Virus record (IMG/VR): IMGVR_UViG_3300042987_001178
Direction: 5' to 3' (one strand)
DNA length: 64,000 bases
From: an uncultured virus (IMG/VR IMGVR_UViG_3300042987_001178)
Taxonomy: Duplodnaviria > Heunggongvirae > Uroviricota > Caudoviricetes
In this document: one piece after another, positions 17,942 through 25,925 of the stretch
Layout of the letters: each line of letters starts with the position of its first letter
How positions within the stretch are numbered: the stretch's first letter is position 1
The notes under the pieces: generated by a model
Database searches by the model: none
The model's input: only the letters and a program-made list of their open reading frames with translations
What the model was told of the DNA's origin: nothing
Made by a program: the position numbers and the translations under genes

Positions 17942-18150
17942 GAAATTCCCTAAAATAAAAACTAAAAATTAAAAGGCGCAAGCAGGCACAGGCAGCAGGC
18001 AGCAAGCAACAAGGCGCAAGCAAGTGTAATTTTTTTAACTCCGGGTGGGACCCGCCCACAAGTGTTTCGTGTGCCAAGAGCCAGGGAGCAGGGCACAGGG
18101 GTGGGACCCGCCCACAAGTGTTTGGTGTGACAATTTTGCAACATGCGACA

Positions 18151-18513
18151 CTATGTCACATTGACAAAGGTTTCCTGAACCTTGGCCCATGATTCGGCAA
18201 CAGGGGTACATGGCTCACGGTTAACGAGTTTCATGATATCGGATCCTCTATAAAGTTTTATGGACAAAGGACCGAGGGCCTTTTTTAAGATAAAAGTATT
18301 GTGAGGATGTCTCACGTGGAACGCAATTTGATGTGGAGAGAACCTTATTCCTTGACTGGAACTTACTTTAAGTTCGACCGTAAAAAACTTTCCATTTTTA
18401 TTGCAACACAATAGATCTGGAACACCAGCACTGGCCCAAGATTCAAGTCTTGTAAAGGAAATTTCAGTTATATTCTTTTTAACTTCAAGCCAAAATTTTG
18501 ACTCTGGTTTCAT
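18151..18513 (-). CDS. VRR-NUC / Holliday junction resolvase-like PD-(D/E)XK nuclease
   Basis: PESKFW...GVPDL...VELKV...SPHQIAFH. Confidence 0.75.
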   Translation of the reverse strand: MKPESKFWLEVKKNITEISFTRLESWASAGVPDLLCCNKNGKFFTVELKVSSSQGIRFSPHQIAFHVRHPHNTFILKKALGPLSIKLYRGSDIMKLVNREPCTPVAESWAKVQETFVNVT

Positions 18514-18529
18514 ATAAAATTTAACGTAA

Positions 18530-18766
18530 TCAAACCACTTGAGATGAACGTATTACTTTAGACATTTTATGCTTCTGTGGTTCAGTAACTAATACAATTC
18601 TGTGAGTTTCAAATGGACCAATTAACATATTTTCCATAAGTTTTATTTCTGCAATGTCATGTAAATCACCGTTAGGCATTTGAACTTGAATGCGTGCATT
18701 CTTTGCAACCTCTGACTTTGTAATTAATTTATCTAAAACTGAAGCTAGTGTCTGTCCATTTATCAT
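18530..18766 (-). CDS. Hypothetical protein
   Basis: 78 aa ORF downstream of a promoter and hairpin leader. Confidence 0.6.
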   Translation of the reverse strand: MINGQTLASVLDKLITKSEVAKNARIQVQMPNGDLHDIAEIKLMENMLIGPFETHRIVLVTEPQKHKMSKVIRSSQVV

Positions 18767-18866
18767 AATTCAAAAGGGAGCCCAGTATCCAGAGAAAATC
18801 TAAAGTTAAACTCTTTCGTAAGCCGACTCCCTTGACAATCTTTACACTAAATGTTACGTTGAGTCA

Positions 18867-19280
18867 ATGATTACGCAAGAAAAGTTAAAAGATTTTCCTG
18901 TCATTTATTTAAGATATTTAAATAACCAGATAATCTACATAGGAGAAAGTTTTAGTTTTCTAAAATCTAGACACCTTAGAGATGATTACCAGGCGGGTGA
19001 TTTTGATACAGTTAAAGTGTTAAAAGCACCACGGGACAAAGACAGAAGAAGATACTGGGAAGCCTGGTTGGTATGTAAATTAAAACCTATTAAACAAAGG
19101 CAAGAATTATATCAATATATAGTTGATAGAGTAAATAGAAGAAAAGTTAAAAAAATAAAAAATTATGATTCAATGATTAAAGAATCTAAAAAATTAACTA
19201 ATAAAGAATTAAAATACATTGCTTATACACATTTAGTTAAATTCAAAACATTTATGGCAATGACAAAAAGAGGTTCATAA
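18867..19280 (+). CDS. GIY-YIG-like endonuclease
   Basis: VIYL...IIYIGES...RH...WEAWLVCKLKP. Confidence 0.5.
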   Translation: MITQEKLKDFPVIYLRYLNNQIIYIGESFSFLKSRHLRDDYQAGDFDTVKVLKAPRDKDRRRYWEAWLVCKLKPIKQRQELYQYIVDRVNRRKVKKIKNYDSMIKESKKLTNKELKYIAYTHLVKFKTFMAMTKRGS

Positions 19281-19903
19281 TGGGACTACCAAAGAAATTA
19301 ACAGAAATGCAAATGAAATTTGCTTTTGAATTAGTAACCAATGAAGGCAGAAAGACCGGAACTGAATGTGCCATTGAAGCGGGTTATTCAAAAGATAGAG
19401 CTGTCATTACTGCATCAGAACTACAGAACCCAAAAAAATATCCATTAGTGGTTCAATACATTGGAGAGTTAAGAGCAGAATATCAAAAGAAATATGATGT
19501 GACTTTTGAAAGACATATATCAGAACTAGCAAAGCTAAGAGATAATGCAAGAGAAGCAAAAGCTTGGAGTGCTGCAGTGAATGCAGAGGTGGCTAGAGGT
19601 AAAGCTGCGGGTCTCTATGTTGAACAAAAAATTATTAGAACAGGTAAGTTAGAAGATTTATCAGAAGAAGAATTAGATAAACGACTTGCAGAAGTATTAG
19701 ATCAATATGCACCTATACTTGAAGGAGTTGAAGTTGACGAAATAAAAGCTGATGTTAAGCAGAAGCAATTAGATGTTCGCCTGGGGAAACCTCAACCACC
19801 TTCAAATAAAGAAAAGATTTTAGTAGACTACTCTTCGTCTTCCTCATCTTCATCATCAGAGAAATCATCCGATTCATCGTCTGAAGAATCACACTCACAT
19901 TGA
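19280..19903 (+). CDS. terS: Terminase small subunit
   Basis: LTEMQMKF...TECAIEAGYS...ASEL HTH pattern; AAVNAEVARGKAAGLY. Confidence 0.8.
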   Translation: MGLPKKLTEMQMKFAFELVTNEGRKTGTECAIEAGYSKDRAVITASELQNPKKYPLVVQYIGELRAEYQKKYDVTFERHISELAKLRDNAREAKAWSAAVNAEVARGKAAGLYVEQKIIRTGKLEDLSEEELDKRLAEVLDQYAPILEGVEVDEIKADVKQKQLDVRLGKPQPPSNKEKILVDYSSSSSSSSSEKSSDSSSEESHSH

Positions 19904-20004
19904 TTATCTTCTAGATCTTGAGCCTTATCTCTTAACAGATCTATATCTTCTTGAATTCTATCCATTATATCTTGGACAGTTTCAGCTTTTTTCTTTTTAG
20001 CCAT
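19828..20004 (-). CDS. 58-aa protein with extreme acidic tail (not in ORF track)
   Basis: MAKKKKAETVQDIMDRIQEDIDLLRDKAQDLEDNQCECDSSDDESDDFSDDEDEEDEE; GGAG RBS; coupled to 19997..20254. Confidence 0.6.
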   Translation of the reverse strand: MAKKKKAETVQDIMDRIQEDIDLLRDKAQDLEDNQCECDSSDDESDDFSDDEDEEDEE

Positions 20005-20254
20005 TGATTTTCTCCATTGTTTTGATGTTATTTGCGGGGATTACAGTCCTATCGCCGAATGTAATTTCGCCCAAGTTGTCTATCTCATAGCTAGAAAATA
20101 TCCAAACATAATCTTTTGTTTTGCGATAAATAAAACCAATTGAAATACAATGACTTACATCCATTCTATTAAATTCAAGATCTGTAGCCCATCCAGAATC
20201 GGAGCATATATCTTCCCAAGATATTTTATATAATTCAAATGGGAATTTCTTCAT
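19997..20254 (-). CDS. Conserved phage hypothetical protein
   Basis: W.DI.SDSGW...C.SIG...IP pattern common in aquatic phages. Confidence 0.65.
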   Translation of the reverse strand: MKKFPFELYKISWEDICSDSGWATDLEFNRMDVSHCISIGFIYRKTKDYVWIFSSYEIDNLGEITFGDRTVIPANNIKTMEKING

Positions 20255-20328
20255 AAGAACTTTTTTATACCCTAATTAAATTCTATTCAAAAACAAAAAA
20301 GGTACGACCAGACAGCTAGAGAGGTCAA

Positions 20329-20622
20329 ATTGTAGGAAAATTGTAGGAAAAATGACCCTTGATTTTACTAGCTTATTTGCAAAAAAGCTACAATGACCTA
20401 CAATTGTAGCCTTTTTTTTGGTCAAATTAGTCATATATATCAATGACTTATCAAGATTGTAGTGCTTTTGGGCACTTTTTTTCCCAAAAAAAAATTTCAA
20501 AAAAAAATAATTTTACCCTCCAAAAAGTCCTTATAAAGGCTACAATGGAATAAGTCATTGATTTATATACCTTTTCTCTAAAATGAATTCCCTACAATGA
20601 CTACAATTGTAGTGCTTTTGGG
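20329..20622. promoter_or_regulatory. Putative replication origin or packaging site: ten CTACAAT/ATTGTAG iterons, two inverted IHF consensus sites, A/T tracts
   Basis: Iterons at 20329, 20340, 20388, 20398, 20403, 20456, 20540, 20592, 20601, 20606; WATCAANNNNTTR at 20438-20450 (+) and 20551-20563 (-). Confidence 0.6.
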
Positions 20623-20712
20623 TTGTGGCCAGACCCCGAGTCTCCCCGGGTGTTGTTCCTGCGAGGGTGCGTGTATAATATCTGGCCGTGTTCCTTGAGC
20701 CTTTATCCTTGC

Positions 20713-20937
20713 TTACTGTAAATTAGCGTTTCCTTCATCAATAGCTTCTTCAAGATGATCAGCATAGTATTCAATATCTCCAGGCTCGCTTACATCTGCT
20801 TTCTTTTTAGCTTCTTCGATAAAGATATCTCTCATCTCTCGACCAGTTAATAAAGCATCAAAGTCATTATAACATTTCGTATAGACTCCCGCTTTCCAGT
20901 CATCCATCATCTTTTCAGATAATTGTTCTAGTGTCAT
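20713..20937 (-). CDS. Hypothetical acidic protein
   Basis: 74 aa; AGGAG RBS. Confidence 0.6.
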   Translation of the reverse strand: MTLEQLSEKMMDDWKAGVYTKCYNDFDALLTGREMRDIFIEEAKKKADVSEPGDIEYYADHLEEAIDEGNANLQ

Positions 20938-21091
20938 AGTTTCTCCTTTCTACTTTTTCTATATTTTTCATCAAAGATTTTTCTCTCTTTCATGTCTCGA
21001 TGCACACAATACCACACAAACAATACTGCAACAAGTAAACTAATTGCAGCGCCAGATAAGATGAATTGATAAACATCATTAAATAGTTCTA

Positions 21092-21445
21092 TCATACATG
21101 TCTCCCAAATTTTTTATTAAAAGGAACAATGGTATCTTTAAACTCAGGTTCAAAGAAATCGCATTTAACATCCTCCTCATCTTTAACAATTGCACCTTGA
21201 TATTGAATATCAGTTTCAGGACTATCAACATCTACATAAGTTGTTTCACAAAATTCAAAGTCTTCGTTTGTTAAAAACTTATCTATTTTGTCGTGGTTCA
21301 CTCCACCTTTATTTAAAACAACATCAAAGGCTTCATCTTTATTATGTGCTTTAACATATTGTTCAACAATCAAAGTATAAGTTTGTGTAACTTTATACAC
21401 ATTTTTACCTATATCATCAGACCATAAACTAAACGGTAGTTTCAT
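21092..21445 (-). CDS. Hypothetical protein
   Basis: 117 aa; YKV...V.A.NKDEA motif. Confidence 0.6.
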   Translation of the reverse strand: MKLPFSLWSDDIGKNVYKVTQTYTLIVEQYVKAHNKDEAFDVVLNKGGVNHDKIDKFLTNEDFEFCETTYVDVDSPETDIQYQGAIVKDEEDVKCDFFEPEFKDTIVPFNKKFGRHV

Positions 21446-21635
21446 TTTTATATCCTTTCATATGATAGTTAACGGCTTCTTCATCATTCGCAAACACTTT
21501 ACACTCATCACATCTTTCAATGTGTGGTTCTAGATAAGGATCTCCAGGCTGTAATCCTTCTGAGATAACATCCTCAAAATAACCTTTATCTTCGCATTCT
21601 ATACATTTCATTTTATACTCCTTTGTTTCTTTCAT
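21429..21635 (-). CDS. Small zinc-finger-like protein
   Basis: CIEC...CDEC. Confidence 0.55.
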   Translation of the reverse strand: MKETKEYKMKCIECEDKGYFEDVISEGLQPGDPYLEPHIERCDECKVFANDEEAVNYHMKGYKNETTV

Positions 21636-21679
21636 GGCCCAATTATATATTATGTAGGATAATATGTCAATACATTAAA

Positions 21680-22375
21680 TTAACCGCTATTTTCCTTGTT
21701 TTTTTGAGCATAATATTGATCGACTCTTCTCAACCAATCGTACTTGGCTTGTTTAAATTCTTCTCCATCAAAAATAAATTCTTGATATAAATTATCTTTA
21801 GTACAAATAAGATTAACTCCTTTTTGAATATTGGTTCCATACACTTCATTATGTGCGAGTGCATAAGCAGCCAATTGTAATTTGTAATCTTCTATCCATT
21901 CTCTTCGTTTTGGCTTATTGCTCTGTTTAAAATCAACAATTGATTCTCCACCATCGTAAATTCCAACGACATCCGTTGCGCCTGCATAAAGATCCGGATA
22001 ATACAAAGTCACTTCCAATCCCCAAAATTCTGCAAGTCTATTCTTTAAACCCTTATTAATAATCTCATCGGCCATGGTCCGTGATTCTTGACCCTCTGTC
22101 GTTAGATCCAAGTACCCTTCACCAAGTAAAAACTTCTCGAGATGTGTGTGCATAGCAGTTCCACGTGTTGCTGCATCATTCTTAACTTTATCAGCAGCTG
22201 TTGCACCAACTCTCACTTTCCATGCCTCTAAAGCTAATCTCTTTTCTTCAGGTTGCGTTGCCTGGAGGATTGTTGTCACCGATGGAAGTTTACTATCTCC
22301 AACTGCATAATGTCTTTCATCTTTAATTAAAGATCGACTGCTCGTTGGATATATAAATTTTTTATTTAGTTTCAT
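21680..22375 (-). CDS. PD-(D/E)XK exonuclease
   Basis: LPSVTTIL, RGTAMH, E..L...YAGATD, IVDFKQS, QLAAYA. Confidence 0.85.
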   Translation of the reverse strand: MKLNKKFIYPTSSRSLIKDERHYAVGDSKLPSVTTILQATQPEEKRLALEAWKVRVGATAADKVKNDAATRGTAMHTHLEKFLLGEGYLDLTTEGQESRTMADEIINKGLKNRLAEFWGLEVTLYYPDLYAGATDVVGIYDGGESIVDFKQSNKPKRREWIEDYKLQLAAYALAHNEVYGTNIQKGVNLICTKDNLYQEFIFDGEEFKQAKYDWLRRVDQYYAQKNKENSG

Positions 22376-22509
22376 TCCATTACCGGTTTTTCTTTATTAG
22401 ATTCATTATATAAAAATTTAATAAGTTCTTTACTAATAGTCACTGTTGGATCAAAAGACAAATCTCTTGAACAACCAATTAAGAATAAAAATAATACTAT
22501 ATACTTCAT
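22372..22509 (-). CDS. Small lipoprotein (not in ORF track)
   Basis: MKYIVLFLFLIGC lipobox; 45 aa; coupled to both neighbours. Confidence 0.55.
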   Translation of the reverse strand: MKYIVLFLFLIGCSRDLSFDPTVTISKELIKFLYNESNKEKPVME

Positions 22510-22898
22510 AAATATTCTTTTAAATTTGGATCTAAAAAATCAATGGCTCTTTGTGTTTTAATTTTTAATTCTTTTAAGGCCCAATATTTTTTAATTAAAC
22601 TTTTTTTAAAACGATAAGCATAATAAAAATCAATTAAATAAGTTATTCTTATTAATGTAAACATATATTTTTCCCAAAAATCAGCGTGTCTAAATCTTCT
22701 ATTAAAATAAACCGCTTCCTTTATTTTTCTTTTTACATAAAGCATTTCTTCATCAATCTTTTCCATCAAATATAATTTACCTCTTAAATATTTTACTTCT
22801 ATTTTTCTTAATTCTATCTCCATTTCTCTTTTTGTTATGTACATATTGTTTCTTTCATTGTTTAATGTCATATTGAATTGCTTCATTGATAATATCAT
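22506..22898 (-). CDS. Hypothetical protein
   Basis: Basic ORF; true start may be downstream. Confidence 0.5.
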   Translation of the reverse strand: MILSMKQFNMTLNNERNNMYITKREMEIELRKIEVKYLRGKLYLMEKIDEEMLYVKRKIKEAVYFNRRFRHADFWEKYMFTLIRITYLIDFYYAYRFKKSLIKKYWALKELKIKTQRAIDFLDPNLKEYL

Positions 22899-23808
22899 CC
22901 ATAGCTAATTTTTTATTTTCCCTAATCATTTTTCTATAGGCTCTATCATATTTTAATTTACGTTCTGAACATTTACCTCTTTTATATTTTCTATCTCTAA
23001 TAATTCTATAATCATGATATTCAGGAGCATAAAGTTTAGTCCATTCAAACATATTTTTTCTCCATATATGCATAGCTTCTACTTGTTTTTTATGTCTACA
23101 AATAACAACAGATTTAAACCATTGATGAAAAGGTAATTTTGCTCCATTTTTTTTACTATAGAAAGAATTGTTATTAGTTTTGTGAATAGTAATACCAACC
23201 TTATTTTTTCTTTCAGCTGATATAATATCTCCTTCTATAATAGACATATCTTCTGCTTCCCAGGCTCTAAAAGCTTTATAATAATCTCTACCATGAATAT
23301 TATAAGGATAAAATACATCTTGAGGAGTTATTTTACCATCACTGTTTAATATAATTAATCTACCTTTTTCAGATACTCTTGCAGATTGGTTTTCTTGCGG
23401 AAGATATTTTCTTACTAATTTTGTTTCTTCATGTATTCTTACACTATCATATTCAAATCTTTTAAACCCTTTTATGATACGAATATAATTAAATTTAGGT
23501 CCTATACCTTTTATTTGATTTTTACTTTTACCTTTTTTACCAGCATAATAATGTTCATGTATTCTAGCTAATGAATTGATAGTTTCACCAATGTATATTA
23601 AAATTCTTTTTCTTAAATTGTATAAATCAAGTCCTTCATCAATAACAAAATTACCTTGTTTATCTTCCACATATTGACCATTGATTCTTTTATATCTCGG
23701 TGTATCCTGATCGACCAAAATTAAGAAATAAATAATAGGTCTTTGATCTGTTAAATCAAAATTTAAATTAGTTATTTTCTGAAACTTATTTAAGTTCAAT
23801 ATAATCAT
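22855..23808 (-). CDS. GIY-YIG-like endonuclease domain protein
   Basis: IIYFL...IYIGETINSLARIHEH...EETKLVRKYLPQEN. Confidence 0.5.
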   Translation of the reverse strand: MIILNLNKFQKITNLNFDLTDQRPIIYFLILVDQDTPRYKRINGQYVEDKQGNFVIDEGLDLYNLRKRILIYIGETINSLARIHEHYYAGKKGKSKNQIKGIGPKFNYIRIIKGFKRFEYDSVRIHEETKLVRKYLPQENQSARVSEKGRLIILNSDGKITPQDVFYPYNIHGRDYYKAFRAWEAEDMSIIEGDIISAERKNKVGITIHKTNNNSFYSKKNGAKLPFHQWFKSVVICRHKKQVEAMHIWRKNMFEWTKLYAPEYHDYRIIRDRKYKRGKCSERKLKYDRAYRKMIRENKKLAMDDIINEAIQYDIKQ

Positions 23809-24038
23809 TAGTGTATTGTTTTTATAACAAAAGGTTTAATTGTCTTTGATGTTCGTAAAACTGATTTTATCATGTCTCTATATTCTTGTTCCGTCAGTGT
23901 TGATTTATACAATCGTAATGCTTGCGCAATCATCGTTGATGCAATCATTTGTGTATCTTCATACTGAAGGACTTTCTTAATTAGAAAATCAAGAAAATCA
24001 TCGTATACGTTTTTTAGCTGTTGGTCTTTCTTCGTCAT
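23808..24038 (-). CDS. Hypothetical protein
   Basis: 76 aa, coupled ORF. Confidence 0.55.
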   Translation of the reverse strand: MTKKDQQLKNVYDDFLDFLIKKVLQYEDTQMIASTMIAQALRLYKSTLTEQEYRDMIKSVLRTSKTIKPFVIKTIH

Positions 24039-24447
24039 AAGATTTTTTATTTAAGTGGCATTCAATACTTAATAGATCTTCAACAGAATCTAATATACGT
24101 ATTTCATATCCATATTTTTTTGGCTCGATCCAGTATTTAATAACATCATGTATTATTATCTTGCTATGTTTGGATTTTTTCACCAATCCCTCTTTTCTAG
24201 AGCTCTCGCCTGGTATTCCTCCCGTAAAAATGCCATATCTTTTTTAAGCATTTCTATTTCCATTTTTAACTTATAATTCTCTCTTCTAAGTTTTTCTATG
24301 ATCTGTTCTAGATCATTAGGTCCTTTATCTTGCATTGTATTCATTTTTTTCTCTTCCTTTTTTTAGGTCTCTCTTTACCAAAGGCATCATATTTTCTTTT
24401 ATATGCTTTTATTAGTTTAGTTATTGCTTTTTTATAACTAGTAAATG

Positions 24448-24630
24448 TCATTGTTGCATCCTTTCATAGTTCATTAATTTTTTAACATCTTTTTCTTTTA
24501 TTTCACCTTGATTATTACAATATTTACAATCTTTATGGTGAGGTTCTTTTTCACCTTGATAGTAAACTGTTATATAACCATTACCCTTACATTCCGGACA
24601 TATTATTTTCATATCTAGTTTTCCTTTCAT
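24448..24630 (-). CDS. DnaJ-type CxxCxGxG zinc-finger mini-protein
   Basis: CPECKGNG...CKYCNNQG. Confidence 0.7.
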   Translation of the reverse strand: MKGKLDMKIICPECKGNGYITVYYQGEKEPHHKDCKYCNNQGEIKEKDVKKLMNYERMQQ

Positions 24631-24928
24631 GGTTCCAAATTATTCCCGATTGTTTTAGTTTTTTTAAGTTAATCAATTTTTTAGATTTGCTAAGCACATA
24701 GTCAGCATCAAACCCTGCATAAGTGCATACATCAACAAAGTTTTTTGTTTTATGTGTTAACCAAAACTCTGCTGCTTTTTTCTCATCTTTGTTTATGAAT
24801 TTATTTTCAAAGTCAGAAAGAGCATCATACAACATTTGAGCAAGAACAGCTTTCCATAATCTTTGTTCTGGTGTTGCTGGTTTGTTTTCAACTATAGTAT
24901 TTAAATTACTTTGAAGCACTTTGACCAT
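24587..24928 (-). CDS. Conserved phage hypothetical protein
   Basis: EQRLWKAVL...F..VC..AG.D pattern. Confidence 0.65.
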   Translation of the reverse strand: MVKVLQSNLNTIVENKPATPEQRLWKAVLAQMLYDALSDFENKFINKDEKKAAEFWLTHKTKNFVDVCTYAGFDADYVLSKSKKLINLKKLKQSGIIWNHERKTRYENNMSGM

Positions 24929-25079
24929 ATAAATACTTCTCTTTCTCGTTAATTAAAATGTCTACAGTTTTAGATTTACTTAAAATTGTATTGGGTACAA
25001 TTTTTTTTCTTATCTTATCTAATTTAGCATACGCTTCTTTAGATAAAGTTACATTTTTATACTTACTTATGTCAGTCAT
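24906..25079 (-). CDS. Ribbon-helix-helix-like DNA-binding protein (not in ORF track)
   Basis: MTDISKYKNVTLSKEAYAKLDKIRKK...SKSKTVDILINE, strand-helix-helix pattern; first gene after the promoter at 25114-25142. Confidence 0.55.
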   Translation of the reverse strand: MTDISKYKNVTLSKEAYAKLDKIRKKIVPNTILSKSKTVDILINEKEKYLYGQSASK

Positions 25080-25145
25080 TTATAACCTTTCTTGTTTATT
25101 TATTATTTGTAGGATTATAGTTTAATTTATACTATAAGTCAAATA

Positions 25146-25280
25146 TTATCTTCGACCTTGTCCTCTGTACAACTTGTGAGTGTTTTTCTTATTTGGACGT
25201 TTTGAATGTCTACCTTTTCTTTTTGGTTTAGTTCTTTTATGGTATAGGCCAGTTCCGTAGGGATTACTTTTCTTTGCCAT
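25146..25280 (-). CDS. 44-aa very basic mini-protein ending YRGQGRR (not in ORF track)
   Basis: MAKKSNPYGTGLYHKRTKPKRKGRHSKRPNKKNTHKLYRGQGRR. Confidence 0.6.
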   Translation of the reverse strand: MAKKSNPYGTGLYHKRTKPKRKGRHSKRPNKKNTHKLYRGQGRR

Positions 25281-25470
25281 ATACTATTTTTCGTGCCTTT
25301 TTATTATTCATTGGTAAGTATTTAATAACACCATTAACGTGTTGTATTAATTCATCTCCACAATTTGTGCATTTATATACATTATCTAAAATAGAAACTA
25401 ATGCTGATAATTCTTTACAGCCAGGACATATTCCATGAACAATTAATGAATCAATTGTTAAATTTTTCAT
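25264..25470 (-). CDS. Zinc-ribbon mini-protein
   Basis: CPGC...YKCTNCG. Confidence 0.6.
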   Translation of the reverse strand: MKNLTIDSLIVHGICPGCKELSALVSILDNVYKCTNCGDELIQHVNGVIKYLPMNNKKARKIVYGKEK

Positions 25471-25925
25471 TGTAATGGAGAATATACAATTCTTCCAAGA
25501 AATTTGGAAGCCCTTAAATATTCTTTTCTATTACCTTCATCATTATAACTGCAATGAATCCATCCGGAGTTAGGGTCGTCAGGTGTCCAGAATTCGAGTA
25601 TACATTGATCGTAATCAATATTTTGTACGATCCAATCGCTTACTTCCTTATTATGTATACCAAATATCTCAAAGTCCGCTGCTTGGCCTTTGGTATGTTG
25701 ACTCTTAGATGAGGACCCTATAGCTTCACAAAGTTTAGCTGATCTATACCCTGAAGATATTGATACAGGTAATTTAAAATGATCTCTGACTGGTTGTAAT
25801 ATATTTTTACAAAGTAAAATTAAATTAGTGACATGTTCATCACTAGGTTCATTATCTATTCCAAGTCGTATTGCTTCTTGAGACTTTGTTAGTTCATCTA
25901 ATGTAAAATTAGGACTTAATAACAT
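25467..25925 (-). CDS. Endolysin, peptidase M15 family
   Basis: LSPNFTLDEL, ISSGYRS, SQHTKGQAADF, WIHCS. Confidence 0.88.
   Translation of the reverse strand: MLLSPNFTLDELTKSQEAIRLGIDNEPSDEHVTNLILLCKNILQPVRDHFKLPVSISSGYRSAKLCEAIGSSSKSQHTKGQAADFEIFGIHNKEVSDWIVQNIDYDQCILEFWTPDDPNSGWIHCSYNDEGNRKEYLRASKFLGRIVYSPLQ

Larger units (their letters stand above)
15215..18166 (+). repeat. Six dispersed copies of GGGTGGGACCCGCCCACAAGTGTTTAGTG, four followed by a TGCGACAnnnTGTCGCA-type palindrome
   Basis: Copies start at 15215, 16477, 16522, 17251, 18043, 18099; palindromes at 15241-15259, 16554-16570, 17284-17300, 18144-18160. Confidence 0.95.

Noticed and set aside
15215..18127. CRISPR array interpretation of the ~29-bp repeats
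   Set aside because: Spacing is irregular (45-1262 bp), the intervals contain genes and promoters, and there are no cas genes
15114..18144. Track ORFs 15114..15296, 16329..16586, 17236..17439, 17962..18144
   Set aside because: They merely translate the non-coding repeat (HLWAGPT, VGPAHKCL, TCGRVPP) and low-complexity tracts
18775..18832. Hammerhead ribozyme or SAM riboswitch call for the hairpin leader
   Set aside because: Lacks the CUGAnGA core and does not convincingly match the SAM-II/III/V consensus as I recall them
20276..20500. 74-aa track ORF
   Set aside because: It runs through the iteron/IHF/poly-A element with no RBS; likely non-coding
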